Below, one piece after another: positions 1 through 9,468 of a DNA stretch of 32,000 bases; position 1 is the first letter of the stretch; the number at the start of each line of letters is the position of its first letter. Source of the DNA: Candidatus Saccharimonadota bacterium (GTDB lineage Bacteria > Patescibacteriota > Saccharimonadia > Saccharimonadales > Saccharimonadaceae); the NCBI GenBank assembly GCA_025349965.1, contig CP075337.1, positions 510,001 through 542,000 of the forward strand, given 5' to 3'. The notes under the pieces were generated by a model. The model saw nothing but the letters and a program-made list of their open reading frames with translations. It was not told the DNA's origin and did no database searches. A program made the position numbers and the translations under genes.

Positions 1-1
1 G

Positions 2-319
2 TCATTCATTGGGCCACGCCCATGGATTCCGACCTACTATGAGCACATGAACTTAGAACAACGCCGCCGTAACAACGTTCGCCCAGGCATCACCGGTCTT
101 GCACAGGCATACGGTCGCAACAACCTTAGCATTCACGAAAAAATCAACTACGATGTTGAATACGTTGACAACATGTCACTTCGTGGGGATCTTAAGGTTA
201 TTTTTGTGACCGTGAAAACACTCTTTGACCACGAAGCTCACGAGCTCGGCAAGGGTGGGATTCATGAGGAGCTGGATGTTTTGCGAAGCCAGAATGGAAA
301 CGAACTAGCTCGAGGGTAA
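2..319 (+). CDS. Initiating sugar-phosphate transferase (bacterial sugar transferase, WbaP/CpsE-like), C-terminal fragment; 5' end lies outside the window
   Basis: The frame is open from the window edge (SFIGPRPWIPTYYEH precedes the listed Met-47 ORF). GPRP...RPGITGLAQ...YDVEYVDNMSLRGDLKV is the conserved C-terminal block of this family. Stop at 317-319. Confidence 0.8.
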   Translation, partial: SFIGPRPWIPTYYEHMNLEQRRRNNVRPGITGLAQAYGRNNLSIHEKINYDVEYVDNMSLRGDLKVIFVTVKTLFDHEAHELGKGGIHEELDVLRSQNGNELARG

Positions 320-321
320 TC

Positions 322-1401
322 ATGAAGATTGTCTATGTCATTAACTCTATAAAAAACAGTGGCCCGAATCAAGTAGTGGAGGCTATGGTTAATGGGATTA
401 GTGATCGAAATGATGTAATAGTAGTAGCCTTCTTCGGTCCTAACGATAGTGCTGGCGCAGAGCGTTTAAGGAGAGTAGGAGCGAAGGTCGTAGTACTGGG
501 AGTTTCCAAGCGCCACATAATAACCAAGGGCACTCGTAGACTCAGGGCCTACCTAGAGGGGTGCGGCGTGAGTGTTATACACTCTCATGGGATTCTTTCT
601 GATATTGCGGTTGCAAGGTCTGGATTTGGCCAGAAGGCGCTGACGACAATTCATAACAATATGCCGGCAGACTACAAGAGTACATTCGGACCTATTAAAG
701 GTCTGCTATATACAACACTTCACTTGCTGTACTTAAGGAGAATTAGGCTAGCTGTCTGCTGTTCCAAGGATGGAATGAAGGCGATTCGGCCGTTTGTAAG
801 AAGGGTAACTTTTATCCATAACGGGTATGGTAGTGAATCGACGCAAGAAAGCGTATCGATACGAGATGAAATTCGAGCCACCATGGGTATTAAACCGAGC
901 GATAGGGTGTATCTTTACATAGGTCGATTATCTAAGAGGAAAAATATAAAGGAACTTATTCTCAATTTTAGGGTAAGTAGATCTGCAAATGAGCATCTCA
1001 TTATTGTTGGCGACGGTGAAGAGTATGAGTACTGCGTAGAAAATGCCGGAGATGGTATCCATGTTGTTGGATTTAAAGACAATGTAGAAGACTATCATAG
1101 AGTATCGGATGTGTATGTCTCGGCTTCATTGTCAGAGGGATTCTCAATTTCTATAATAGAGGCTCTTAGCAAAGGATTGTACTTGTTACTATCTGATATC
1201 CCATCTCACAGAGAAGTGATAGATATCGATCCGTCAAAGTATATCGGTACGATATTTAGTAACGGTAATTTTTCCGCCAAGAAAGATGAGTTGGTCAAAA
1301 GCATGGGCACGAGGCTTACGCCCGTAAACTATCATCAAAAGTACTTAACACAAGAGGTTATGATGAGGCAGTACGAAAAGTTGTACAAAGGTGTGTTATA
1401 G
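322..1401 (+). CDS. Glycosyltransferase, GT-B fold, family 4-like
   Basis: 359 aa. The C-terminal half has YIGRLSKRKN and VSASLSEGFSISIIEALSKG (EX7E-type motif of GT4 enzymes). GAGGG lies upstream of the ATG, which starts 2 nt after the upstream stop. Confidence 0.8.
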   Translation: MKIVYVINSIKNSGPNQVVEAMVNGISDRNDVIVVAFFGPNDSAGAERLRRVGAKVVVLGVSKRHIITKGTRRLRAYLEGCGVSVIHSHGILSDIAVARSGFGQKALTTIHNNMPADYKSTFGPIKGLLYTTLHLLYLRRIRLAVCCSKDGMKAIRPFVRRVTFIHNGYGSESTQESVSIRDEIRATMGIKPSDRVYLYIGRLSKRKNIKELILNFRVSRSANEHLIIVGDGEEYEYCVENAGDGIHVVGFKDNVEDYHRVSDVYVSASLSEGFSISIIEALSKGLYLLLSDIPSHREVIDIDPSKYIGTIFSNGNFSAKKDELVKSMGTRLTPVNYHQKYLTQEVMMRQYEKLYKGVL

Positions 1402-2228
1402 TGAAAAGTTTTTCGGTATTAACCTCCGTGTATTACAAGGAAAAACCTGAATATCTTAAGGCTGCCCTAGACAGTATCTTTAGCCAATCACTGCTTCCAA
1501 ATGAGGTAGTGCTCGTTAAGGACGGACCACTCGGTGATGAGCTAGAGGCTGTTATTGATGAATCGATTAAAAAACACGCCGAAACCTCTTTTGTAGTAGT
1601 TGAGCTAGGGCAGAATGTGGGTCTTGGTGAAGCTTTAAATAAGGGCCTTGAGAGAGTTAGCTCTGAATATGTTATGCGAGTCGACACGGATGACATATCC
1701 CTTCCGAATAGATTTGATAGGCAAATGCGTTTTCTAGACGCACACCCCGAGGTATCGATACTAGGCAGTAATATTGATGAGTATGATGAAGATATGCTTC
1801 GCAAGTTATCAGTTCGAGAGGTGCCACAAAGTCATGATGAGATAGTTAATTTTATGAAAGGCCGTAATGCGTTTAATCATATGGCTGTGGTCTTTAAGAA
1901 ATCTGCGATTATAAGGGTTGGTCAATACCAACCATGCCCCTTCTTTGAGGATTATTATCTATGGCTAAGAGTATTGTCAGCCGGTGGTAAATTTCATAAT
2001 ATCCAGGAGTCACTGGTTCGAGCTAGAGCAGGGAGCTCAATGATTTCCAGAAGAGGTGGCTTCTCGTATATATCTAATATTATTGCCTTCTATATAAAAG
2101 TACGCCGACTTAAGATTATGCCGGATAGCCAGATACTTAAATCGTGTCTAGGGCGATCGGCAGTAGCTATAATGCCAAATAGCCTAAGGGCTAGCATCTA
2201 CAGAAGGCGCTTAAGGAGTAGATTCTAG
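1401..2228 (+). CDS. Glycosyltransferase family 2 (GT-A fold)
   Basis: N-terminal SVLTSVYYKEKPEYLKAALDSIFSQS...VLVKDGP and the acidic motif RVDTDDIS. The GTG start overlaps the upstream stop (TAGTG). Confidence 0.85.
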   Translation: MKSFSVLTSVYYKEKPEYLKAALDSIFSQSLLPNEVVLVKDGPLGDELEAVIDESIKKHAETSFVVVELGQNVGLGEALNKGLERVSSEYVMRVDTDDISLPNRFDRQMRFLDAHPEVSILGSNIDEYDEDMLRKLSVREVPQSHDEIVNFMKGRNAFNHMAVVFKKSAIIRVGQYQPCPFFEDYYLWLRVLSAGGKFHNIQESLVRARAGSSMISRRGGFSYISNIIAFYIKVRRLKIMPDSQILKSCLGRSAVAIMPNSLRASIYRRRLRSRF

Positions 2229-2230
2229 CT

Positions 2231-3445
2231 ATGCTATTTCTTACTATTGCAGCTCTATTTTTTGTATTTGTAACACCTGTGTTATCGTGTGTCATATCTT
2301 TGGCTTTAATGTTGAAATTTAAGGATGTTAAATATAAATACATCTCAGGATTAATCTTTGCTACCGGTCTTGGCATGGTTTTGTCTAACTTCTATCCAGC
2401 AGGTGATTTAGACATGACGAGGTATTTTATGTTTATGAATACACTTACGTCCATGCCAGTAGCACAAGCATTGGGTGAAATTCTGCAGAACAGTGATCCA
2501 TTATCATATCTAATGATGTATACAGTTAGTAGCCTATTGGGAAATCATTATATTCTCATATTTGTATCGCTTATTTGCTATGCTGTCTATTTCTACATAG
2601 TTCTCAACATTAGCAAGCAGAACAATTCATCTCCACAGAAAACAAACCTTGCCCTTCTAATTTTCATACTCTGCTTCCAGATAGTTACGACGATAACAGG
2701 CATTCGATACGGAATAGCCGTGGCGCTATTTGCCCTAGGTCTATATATGGAGAACCGTGGCAAAAAGAAGTTGGCATGGCTCGCATATGTGGTAGCCTGT
2801 CTCACTCATGCATCTGCTTTGATCCTCATAGCGATTCGATTGTTGAGTCTTATTATTAGGAAGAGAGCTACACTTCCGAGTGTAGCCATCCTATACATGA
2901 CACCAGTCCTGCTAGTTCCATTTATATTTGGTGTTCTGGGACATCTTAATCTCCCGGGTATAGAAGATACGATACTTAAACTAGGTTTCTATGTTGGAGC
3001 AAGCGAATCTTCGACGAGCTACTTCTTCTGGTTTAATCTTGCGTTTAGTATTATTGCCTTGGTTATACTGATTATCTATAAGCTGAAGTCCAAGAACGGT
3101 AGTCTGTTGGTTGATGTTAATATAGCGGTTCTACTTGCGGGTATCGGTTGTCTGGTCTATCCTGTTATCGGAGGTAGGCTTCTGACCGCGGGACGTTATC
3201 TATTTTTGCTTAACATACCCCTGATACTCGCACTATTCTACTCAGGAGCTGGAAAATACTCATTGAGGTCAATCCCATTGTGGCGCTCGTTCGGAGTTGT
3301 AGCGCTCATCTTTATTGTGACTGGCAGTATCTTTTTCCAGATCTATTCACTAGCAGGCCTGGATATCGACTGGGCTAATGCAATATTGAATAGCTTTGAG
3401 CTTGATCAGTCGAAAATTATCACCCTTGAAGGATTAAAACCATGA
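2231..3445 (+). CDS. Polytopic membrane protein, Wzy/EpsG-like glycan polymerase candidate
   Basis: 404 aa, hydrophobic almost throughout (about 10-12 TM segments), with no soluble domain. It sits between glycosyltransferases in a Wzx-containing operon. The call rests on topology and context only. Confidence 0.55.
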   Translation: MLFLTIAALFFVFVTPVLSCVISLALMLKFKDVKYKYISGLIFATGLGMVLSNFYPAGDLDMTRYFMFMNTLTSMPVAQALGEILQNSDPLSYLMMYTVSSLLGNHYILIFVSLICYAVYFYIVLNISKQNNSSPQKTNLALLIFILCFQIVTTITGIRYGIAVALFALGLYMENRGKKKLAWLAYVVACLTHASALILIAIRLLSLIIRKRATLPSVAILYMTPVLLVPFIFGVLGHLNLPGIEDTILKLGFYVGASESSTSYFFWFNLAFSIIALVILIIYKLKSKNGSLLVDVNIAVLLAGIGCLVYPVIGGRLLTAGRYLFLLNIPLILALFYSGAGKYSLRSIPLWRSFGVVALIFIVTGSIFFQIYSLAGLDIDWANAILNSFELDQSKIITLEGLKP

Positions 3446-4440
3446 CAGTGTCTATTATAGTTCCGGTTTATAATGCCGACAAATATCTTGCGGTGACAGT
3501 GCGCTCTATTTTAGACCAAACACACAAAGACCTCGAAGTAATTTTGGTAAATGATGGCTCGACGGACAATAGTGAATCTATCTGCTTAGATTTTGCGCGC
3601 ATAGATGATAGAGTCTTGACTATTAGTCAGCCGAACGGAGGCGTGTCGGTCGCTAGAAACAAAGCACTGGAGCTGGCAAAAGGCGATTTTGTAGCATTCA
3701 TAGATAGCGATGACATTGTCTCCAATGAGTACATTCAGGTTTTATATGATAATCTAATCAATTCAGGTGCCGACATTTCGACATGCTCTCTTCAGCACTT
3801 CAATAGTGATGCACCGGTCATAGCGGACACCCGGCCCCTACACCAGAACACGATACTACTTAGCCCAAGCGACGCAGTATTAGACTTGCTTTATCAAAAA
3901 AGTATCGTTGCAGGACCGGTCTGTAAGCTATTTAAAAAAGAGGTGCTAAAAGATATCAGGTATATGGAAGGCGTTAAAGTAGCCGAAGACCTTGACGTTA
4001 GCTACAGATCTATATATAAGGCAAGTAGCATTGTTACTTCAAATTTTATTGGATACTACTACAGAATTCACAACACAAGCGCTATGCAAAGACCGTACAC
4101 TCATGATAGGTTTAAGGGTTTGAACATCTGCAAAGGTATACTTGAAGACTGCAAGAGAAGGGGTGATACGGCGTCCGTATCTGCGGCTAAAAATAGAGTC
4201 TTCATGGAAGCTATATATATATTATTAGCCATAGGGCAAGCTAGAGCTACCTTCAAGGCCGACTTTGCGGCAGCTAGAGATATAATAAAAAGGTATCGGT
4301 CGTTAATTATAAGAGACCCACTAAACACAAACACCAGCAGCAAGATATATGCAACAATATCGTACGCCGGCATTGTATTCATACTAATGCTATCTTCAGC
4401 AAAAAATTTTCTAAAATCAATAAAAAGTGGGGCATCATGA
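3442..4440 (+). CDS. Glycosyltransferase family 2
   Basis: VSIIVPVYNADKYLAVTVRSILDQTHKDLEVILVNDGSTDNS and FIDSDD motifs. ATGA overlap with the upstream gene. Confidence 0.85.
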   Translation: MTVSIIVPVYNADKYLAVTVRSILDQTHKDLEVILVNDGSTDNSESICLDFARIDDRVLTISQPNGGVSVARNKALELAKGDFVAFIDSDDIVSNEYIQVLYDNLINSGADISTCSLQHFNSDAPVIADTRPLHQNTILLSPSDAVLDLLYQKSIVAGPVCKLFKKEVLKDIRYMEGVKVAEDLDVSYRSIYKASSIVTSNFIGYYYRIHNTSAMQRPYTHDRFKGLNICKGILEDCKRRGDTASVSAAKNRVFMEAIYILLAIGQARATFKADFAAARDIIKRYRSLIIRDPLNTNTSSKIYATISYAGIVFILMLSSAKNFLKSIKSGAS

Positions 4441-5516
4441 GAAAAAAGACTCTAGCAATAAGGTTCTATAATGCCGAAAATCTCGGTGATGATTTATTTC
4501 TATATATAGCAGCAGAGCGCTACAAAAATGTGAACATTATTACCAATGGCGCCCAAGTTCCAGCAGACATAAGTGGCAAGAGCGTTAGAGTACTAACCCC
4601 AATTAAGTCAGTTGTGCTACGTGGATTAGATAAGCTATTTCATACGAACCTAGCGTTGAAATCAATAACAAAGAAAGTCGATGCCTTCGCATATATTGGT
4701 GGCTCCATATTGATTGAAGGTGAAGATATAAAGAGGTGGTATTCCGAGAGAGCTTTATTTACATCCAGCAAGGCTCCTGCATTTATTCTAGGATCCAATA
4801 TTGGCCCGTATTCATCGGCGGATTTTCTTTCTATAGTTGAGGATATATTTAAGGCAAGTGCCGATGTCTGCTTGAGAGACGCAAACTCTTATGCGCTAGT
4901 AAGTGGGCTTGATAACGTACGATTATCCACTGACATTGCTTTCAGTCTCAATACCGAAGCGTATGCAGCCATAAGTAGTACTAAAAATGTCATAGTATCA
5001 ATCATCGACAGCTATAAGAAGTTTGGCACAGACGTAGCCCGGAAGTATGATCGGGCCATAGCCTCTCTCACGAAAAAACTTACCGAAGAGGGTTATAGGG
5101 TTACATATATGTCATTCTGTAAATACGAGGGCGACGAGAAAGCATGTGAAAGGATAGCCAGCCTACTACCTAGAGAGATCCGCGAGAAGGTACAGTTGTT
5201 TAATTATCGCGGCAACCTCCAAGAGTCACTACAACTGCTTGCTTCTTCTGAGCTTATTATCGGCTCACGCTTCCATGCGAATATTCTCGGCCTTGTCTTT
5301 GGCAAAAAAGTACTCCCAATGGCTTATAGTGACAAAACTATAAACATCCTTAAAGATATGAACTTTCCTGGTCAAATTATCGATATTCGTAAAATCGACT
5401 CTTTTGATGTCGACACAGTAGACTTTGATTCAATACCTATTGTTGACGTAAGCGCACAAAAGAAACTCGCAGAAACACAATTCCAAGAACTCGATAAGGT
5501 GCTTACTAGGGCGTAA
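4437..5516 (+). CDS. Polysaccharide pyruvyl transferase family protein (CsaB/WcaK-like)
   Basis: N-terminal NAENLGDDLF and C-terminal ELIIGSRFHANILGLVFGKKVLPMAYSDK resemble the conserved blocks of polysaccharide pyruvyl transferases. ATGA overlap upstream. Confidence 0.65.
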   Translation: MRKKTLAIRFYNAENLGDDLFLYIAAERYKNVNIITNGAQVPADISGKSVRVLTPIKSVVLRGLDKLFHTNLALKSITKKVDAFAYIGGSILIEGEDIKRWYSERALFTSSKAPAFILGSNIGPYSSADFLSIVEDIFKASADVCLRDANSYALVSGLDNVRLSTDIAFSLNTEAYAAISSTKNVIVSIIDSYKKFGTDVARKYDRAIASLTKKLTEEGYRVTYMSFCKYEGDEKACERIASLLPREIREKVQLFNYRGNLQESLQLLASSELIIGSRFHANILGLVFGKKVLPMAYSDKTINILKDMNFPGQIIDIRKIDSFDVDTVDFDSIPIVDVSAQKKLAETQFQELDKVLTRA

Positions 5517-5518
5517 TC

Positions 5519-6934
5519 ATGTCTCGCAATACAACTCTCGTCAAAAACACCCTCATCATCGCTATCGGCAAGATATCGACGCAATTCTTAACCTTCCTCC
5601 TTCTTCCGCTCTACACCGCGTACTTGTCCGTTGCTGAATTCGGCACAGTAGACCTCGCACTCACATATGTCGCGCTGCTCGTACCGCTTGCTATGCTTTC
5701 ACTAGAAATGGGGGTATTTCGCTTTCTTATCGATGCCCGCAAAAACGAAGGTGAGAAAAAACAAATTATCACCAATGCACTACATATCGTAGTACTCGGT
5801 GCACTCGTAGCAATCGCACTGTATCTTACGGTAAGCACGTTCATCACAATTCCTCACGGTGGGTATATCATTAGTGCAATCATAGCCATGATATTCTCGA
5901 ACTTCTTCCTACAAATAGCACGTGGTTTTGGTAATAATCTCCAGTTTGCTATTGGAGGTATTGTTACCGGTCTTGCAACAATTGCTGCAAACATCACCTT
6001 CATCGTATTCATGGGAATGGGTGCAGACGGCATGCTCCTTGCGGTTGCACTGGCGAATGCTATCGGGGCATTATATCTTATAGCAGCACTTCGCCTACAT
6101 AAGTATATTGGCATTGGGGCAGGGGATAGGACGCTAAAAAAGCAGCTCCTCAGATACTCAACACCTCTCATACCCAACGGTATCTCATGGTGGGTCATTA
6201 ACGCCGCCGACAGAACGATTATCACAATCATCCTCGGCGTTGCAGCAAATGGTATCTATGCGGTTGCATACAAGTTCCCGTTGATATTTAGTGGTCTTTT
6301 CTCATTCTTCGGTATGTCATGGACAGAATCAGCCTCAGTACATATTAATAGCCCTGACCGTGACAAATTCTTCTCCCAGACCATGAACGCAAGCATTAAG
6401 CTCTTTGGTGCATTTGGAGCACTCATTATTGCTGGTGTGCCTTTTATATTTGGACTATTTGTCAATCAAGAATTCGCCGAAGCCTACATGTATATACCAA
6501 TCCTTATTATCGGTGCATTCTTTAACTCTATCGTGGGACTCTATAGTGCCATATACATCGCAAAGAAACTTACAAAACAAGTGATGACAACTTCAATAAT
6601 GGCCGCAGTTATCAATATTAGTTTTACATTGGTATTCATTCACTTCATAGGCATTTATGCCGCTGCAATTGCTATGGGTGTAGCATTTCTCAGTATGGCA
6701 ATTTTCCGTCATTACGATATGAAGAAGTATGTGAATATTACATACGAGCGTGGGATTTTCTGGAAACTCGGGTTGCTTTACGTTATTGCCGCGACGGGCT
6801 ACTATATGAGTGATATTTGGACCGTCTTAGCTGGAGGTCTTTTAGTTGCAGCAGGATCAATAAGGATCAATCAGGGTATAGGGAGGGTTTTGATACAAAA
6901 AGTATTCAAAAAGTCCTCAGCTAATATTAATTAA
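5519..6934 (+). CDS. Wzx-type flippase (MOP/polysaccharide biosynthesis protein family)
   Basis: 471 aa, about 12-14 TM segments. The N-terminus LVKNTLIIAIGKISTQFLTFLLLPLYT is typical of Wzx/MOP exporters. It is the last gene of the glycan operon. Confidence 0.8.
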   Translation: MSRNTTLVKNTLIIAIGKISTQFLTFLLLPLYTAYLSVAEFGTVDLALTYVALLVPLAMLSLEMGVFRFLIDARKNEGEKKQIITNALHIVVLGALVAIALYLTVSTFITIPHGGYIISAIIAMIFSNFFLQIARGFGNNLQFAIGGIVTGLATIAANITFIVFMGMGADGMLLAVALANAIGALYLIAALRLHKYIGIGAGDRTLKKQLLRYSTPLIPNGISWWVINAADRTIITIILGVAANGIYAVAYKFPLIFSGLFSFFGMSWTESASVHINSPDRDKFFSQTMNASIKLFGAFGALIIAGVPFIFGLFVNQEFAEAYMYIPILIIGAFFNSIVGLYSAIYIAKKLTKQVMTTSIMAAVINISFTLVFIHFIGIYAAAIAMGVAFLSMAIFRHYDMKKYVNITYERGIFWKLGLLYVIAATGYYMSDIWTVLAGGLLVAAGSIRINQGIGRVLIQKVFKKSSANIN

Positions 6935-6946
6935 AATTAGAGCTAA

Positions 6947-6955
6947 TGGTACAAT
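6947..6955 (+). promoter_or_regulatory. Extended -10 box TGGTACAAT upstream of the G5/Excalibur gene
   Basis: TGGTACAAT at 6947-6955, then AGGAG (6966-6970) 5 nt before ATG 6976. Confidence 0.45.
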
Positions 6956-6975
6956 AACTCCAAACAGGAGACTCC

Positions 6976-7602
6976 ATGGACCAAGCCCCAACCCCTACAC
7001 CACACAACCCAAGCAAATCCCAACCCAAGGAAACCGCACCAAAAAAGAAACTTTCAAAAGCAAAGATTATTACGGGAAGTGTACTTGGAGTACTCGTTCT
7101 TGGTGGTATTGGCAATGCCCTAGGGGGAGCGACCCCACCCAACACAGAGACCCAGAACACGGTTGTTAAATCAGCCGCTCCACAACCAACTACAAAAGTA
7201 GAAGAGGTAAAGAAAACACTCCCACATAGCACAACGGAAAAAGCAGATGCTACTCTTCCAAAAGGGGAGCGGCGAACTATTAGCGAAGGTACACACGGAG
7301 AGCAGACCGAAACGTATGAAGTAACCTATCTCGACGGCAAAGAGACGGGACGCAAGCTCGTAGGCGCAACAACAACGAGAGAGCCCGTTAACACAGTAGT
7401 TCATGTTGGTACGTACGTTGCACCGACGTCACAACCTGCACGCCAGAGCACATCAACACGTAACGAAACATCATCCAGCAATAACGCCTACTACAAAAAC
7501 TGTACCGCGGCTCGCAACGCTGGCGTCACTCCAATCTATCGCGGCCAGGCTGGCTACGCATCGCACCTTGATAGAGACGGTGACGGAATCGCCTGCGAAT
7601 AG
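6976..7602 (+). CDS. Secreted or membrane-anchored protein with G5 and C-terminal Excalibur (calcium-binding) domains
   Basis: N-terminal TM segment (IITGSVLGVLVLGGIG). G5-like block LPKGERRTISEGTHGEQTETYEVTYLDGKETGRKLVGATTTREPVNTVVHVGT. C-terminal YYKNCTAARNAGVTPIYRGQAGYASHLDRDGDGIACE matches the Excalibur signature. Confidence 0.75.
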   Translation: MDQAPTPTPHNPSKSQPKETAPKKKLSKAKIITGSVLGVLVLGGIGNALGGATPPNTETQNTVVKSAAPQPTTKVEEVKKTLPHSTTEKADATLPKGERRTISEGTHGEQTETYEVTYLDGKETGRKLVGATTTREPVNTVVHVGTYVAPTSQPARQSTSTRNETSSSNNAYYKNCTAARNAGVTPIYRGQAGYASHLDRDGDGIACE

Positions 7603-7664
7603 ACCTCGTCATATAGCGCATATGCTTTGCCTACATATCGCTATACTGTAAAATAAATTCAATT

Positions 7665-8462
7665 ATGAAAACACGCTATTGGGTCGCCCTTATACTAACC
7701 ATTCTTGCTATTAGCGGTTCTTTCACTATCGTAGCGCTCGTGAACCCTCAGGCGCTTTCCACCTGGGCCGATGTAACAATGGCACTTACGGCAGTTGCCG
7801 CTTCATACTATGCTATTTATCAATACCTTTCCAGCAGAAAAGTGCAGCGCCAAGAAAAGTCAGCAGAGATTATGCGCACTTACGCATCACACCTCGTTCA
7901 CCGTGTCAGTTTGGTGTATCAAATTTTTGAAGGAAACCCCATCCTCAGCACCATTACAAACAAGATTGATCGCAAAGCAAAGCTTCGGTTTACAAACGAT
8001 GAGCTGTCCAACTTTCCAATCACCACTCATGACAAAAAAGAGTACTTCGACTATCTTTACGACAACCAGCTGCGTACCCTAAAGCGTCGCGACGGTCTCG
8101 TTTACATAGATCTTCTCCCTAAGGACATTGCAGATAATCTACCCGAGCACCAAAATGTCGCAACGTTCATCGCCTTCACGCTCAACGAGCTTGAGACTGT
8201 CTGCATGGAAATTGAAAGCGGAGCCGCCGACACTAACTACCTCTATGGATCGCTTCACCAGACATTCCTACCATTTGTACGCAATGCCGCTATGCTGATT
8301 CAAAAACTCAATAACCGATCGCTCGATGATGAAAACTACTACCCTTACGTTTCAAGAGTGTATCGTCGCTGGGTATCGCGTGAAAATAGCAATCATACCA
8401 TGACAGAAAAGGCGCTTCAAAAAAACGAGAAGAAGCATGACAGAAGCTCAAAGCGCTTGTAG
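7665..8462 (+). CDS. Hypothetical protein with two N-terminal TM helices
   Basis: 265-aa ORF. Two hydrophobic segments within aa 5-55, then a soluble domain with no motif I recognise. The overlapping 95-aa alternative-frame ORF is judged spurious. Confidence 0.5.
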   Translation: MKTRYWVALILTILAISGSFTIVALVNPQALSTWADVTMALTAVAASYYAIYQYLSSRKVQRQEKSAEIMRTYASHLVHRVSLVYQIFEGNPILSTITNKIDRKAKLRFTNDELSNFPITTHDKKEYFDYLYDNQLRTLKRRDGLVYIDLLPKDIADNLPEHQNVATFIAFTLNELETVCMEIESGAADTNYLYGSLHQTFLPFVRNAAMLIQKLNNRSLDDENYYPYVSRVYRRWVSRENSNHTMTEKALQKNEKKHDRSSKRL

Positions 8463-8476
8463 TTATCGCTCGATTT

Positions 8477-8485
8477 TGCTATTAT
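8477..8485 (+). promoter_or_regulatory. Extended -10 box TGCTATTAT driving a micro-transcription unit
   Basis: TGnTAnnAT pattern, the same as other putative promoters in the window. It lies 14 nt after the upstream stop. Confidence 0.45.
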
Positions 8486-8517
8486 AGGATTAACAAATTA
8501 AGTACTTAGGAGAGAAA

Positions 8518-8550
8518 ATGTTTGAAGCAATCTACTCAGATAGCTACTAA
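8518..8550 (+). CDS. 10-codon micro-ORF (MFEAIYSDSY)
   Basis: AGGAG (8508-8512) 5 nt upstream of ATG 8518; TAA at 8548-8550; a strong terminator begins 19 nt downstream. Whether it is translated is unproven. Confidence 0.3.
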   Translation: MFEAIYSDSY

Positions 8551-8568
8551 ATAACAACTCTAACCAGC

Positions 8569-8595
8569 CAGCACCTACGGGTGCTGTTTTCTATT
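8569..8595 (+). terminator. Intrinsic terminator
   Basis: CAGCACC-UACG-GGUGCUG (7-bp stem, UNCG-type loop) followed by UUUUCUAUU. Confidence 0.75.
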
Positions 8596-8644
8596 CACAA
8601 TCTAATCACTTACCGTCTTACAGCTTTCGCGCTATACTAAACCC

Positions 8645-9466
8645 ATGATCATCCAAAAAGCCCTCATCCCCGTAGCCGGCTGGGGTACACGCATGCTCCC
8701 AATAACTAAAGCAGTAGAGAAGTGTATGCTGCCCATCGGTACGCGGCCCGTAATTGATTACGTTGTACAGGACGTAATTGCAGCTGGTATCACCGATATC
8801 TATTTCGTCGTTGCCGAGGGAAGTACCCAGATACAGCAATACTATTCCGCCAATGAGACGCTTAATCGTTACCTTACGCGTAACAACAAAACTGAAAAAC
8901 TTTCACTGGTTGCACCACCACAAAACATTACATTCCACTATATCACCCAGCCAAGCGAGGGGGGGTATGGAACAAGTATCCCCGTTGGTCTTGCGAGTGA
9001 CCATATAGAAGAAGGTGAATCCGTACTTGTGATTATGGGGGATCAGTTCTTCCTCCGGGATGATAACGGCTCAAACGCAGCCGATCTTATTCAACAAGTA
9101 GAGGCAAGTGGCGCTTCGTCTGGACTCCTCGGTGTACCAATACCAGAAGAGGATGTCTCAAAGTACGGCATTATTGAGAAAGATGCCGCAAATCGTTTCG
9201 TGCAAATTGTTGAAAAGCCTGCCCCAGAAGATGCGCCAAGTAATCTCAATAACGCCAGCTTTTACCTGTTTGATAAGAAGATTTTTGAACTCGCCAAAAC
9301 ACTACCAGCCAATCCAGTGCGTGGTGAGTTTGAAATTACCGATGCTATCAATACGTACGTTGAACAAGGTGGCACCATTATGGTGGGCGAGGCAAAAGGG
9401 CAATATCTCGACGCTGGCAGTCCAGATGGCTGGCTTCACGCAAATAACGTGGTGGCTCAAAAATAA
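8645..9466 (+). CDS. galU: UTP--glucose-1-phosphate uridylyltransferase
   Basis: N-terminal KALIPVAGWGTRMLPITKAVEKCMLPI (G-x-G-T-R-x-L-P nucleotidyltransferase signature) and VIMGDQFF. TATACT (8633-8638) lies 6 nt before the ATG. Confidence 0.85.
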   Translation: MIIQKALIPVAGWGTRMLPITKAVEKCMLPIGTRPVIDYVVQDVIAAGITDIYFVVAEGSTQIQQYYSANETLNRYLTRNNKTEKLSLVAPPQNITFHYITQPSEGGYGTSIPVGLASDHIEEGESVLVIMGDQFFLRDDNGSNAADLIQQVEASGASSGLLGVPIPEEDVSKYGIIEKDAANRFVQIVEKPAPEDAPSNLNNASFYLFDKKIFELAKTLPANPVRGEFEITDAINTYVEQGGTIMVGEAKGQYLDAGSPDGWLHANNVVAQK

Positions 9467-9468
9467 TA

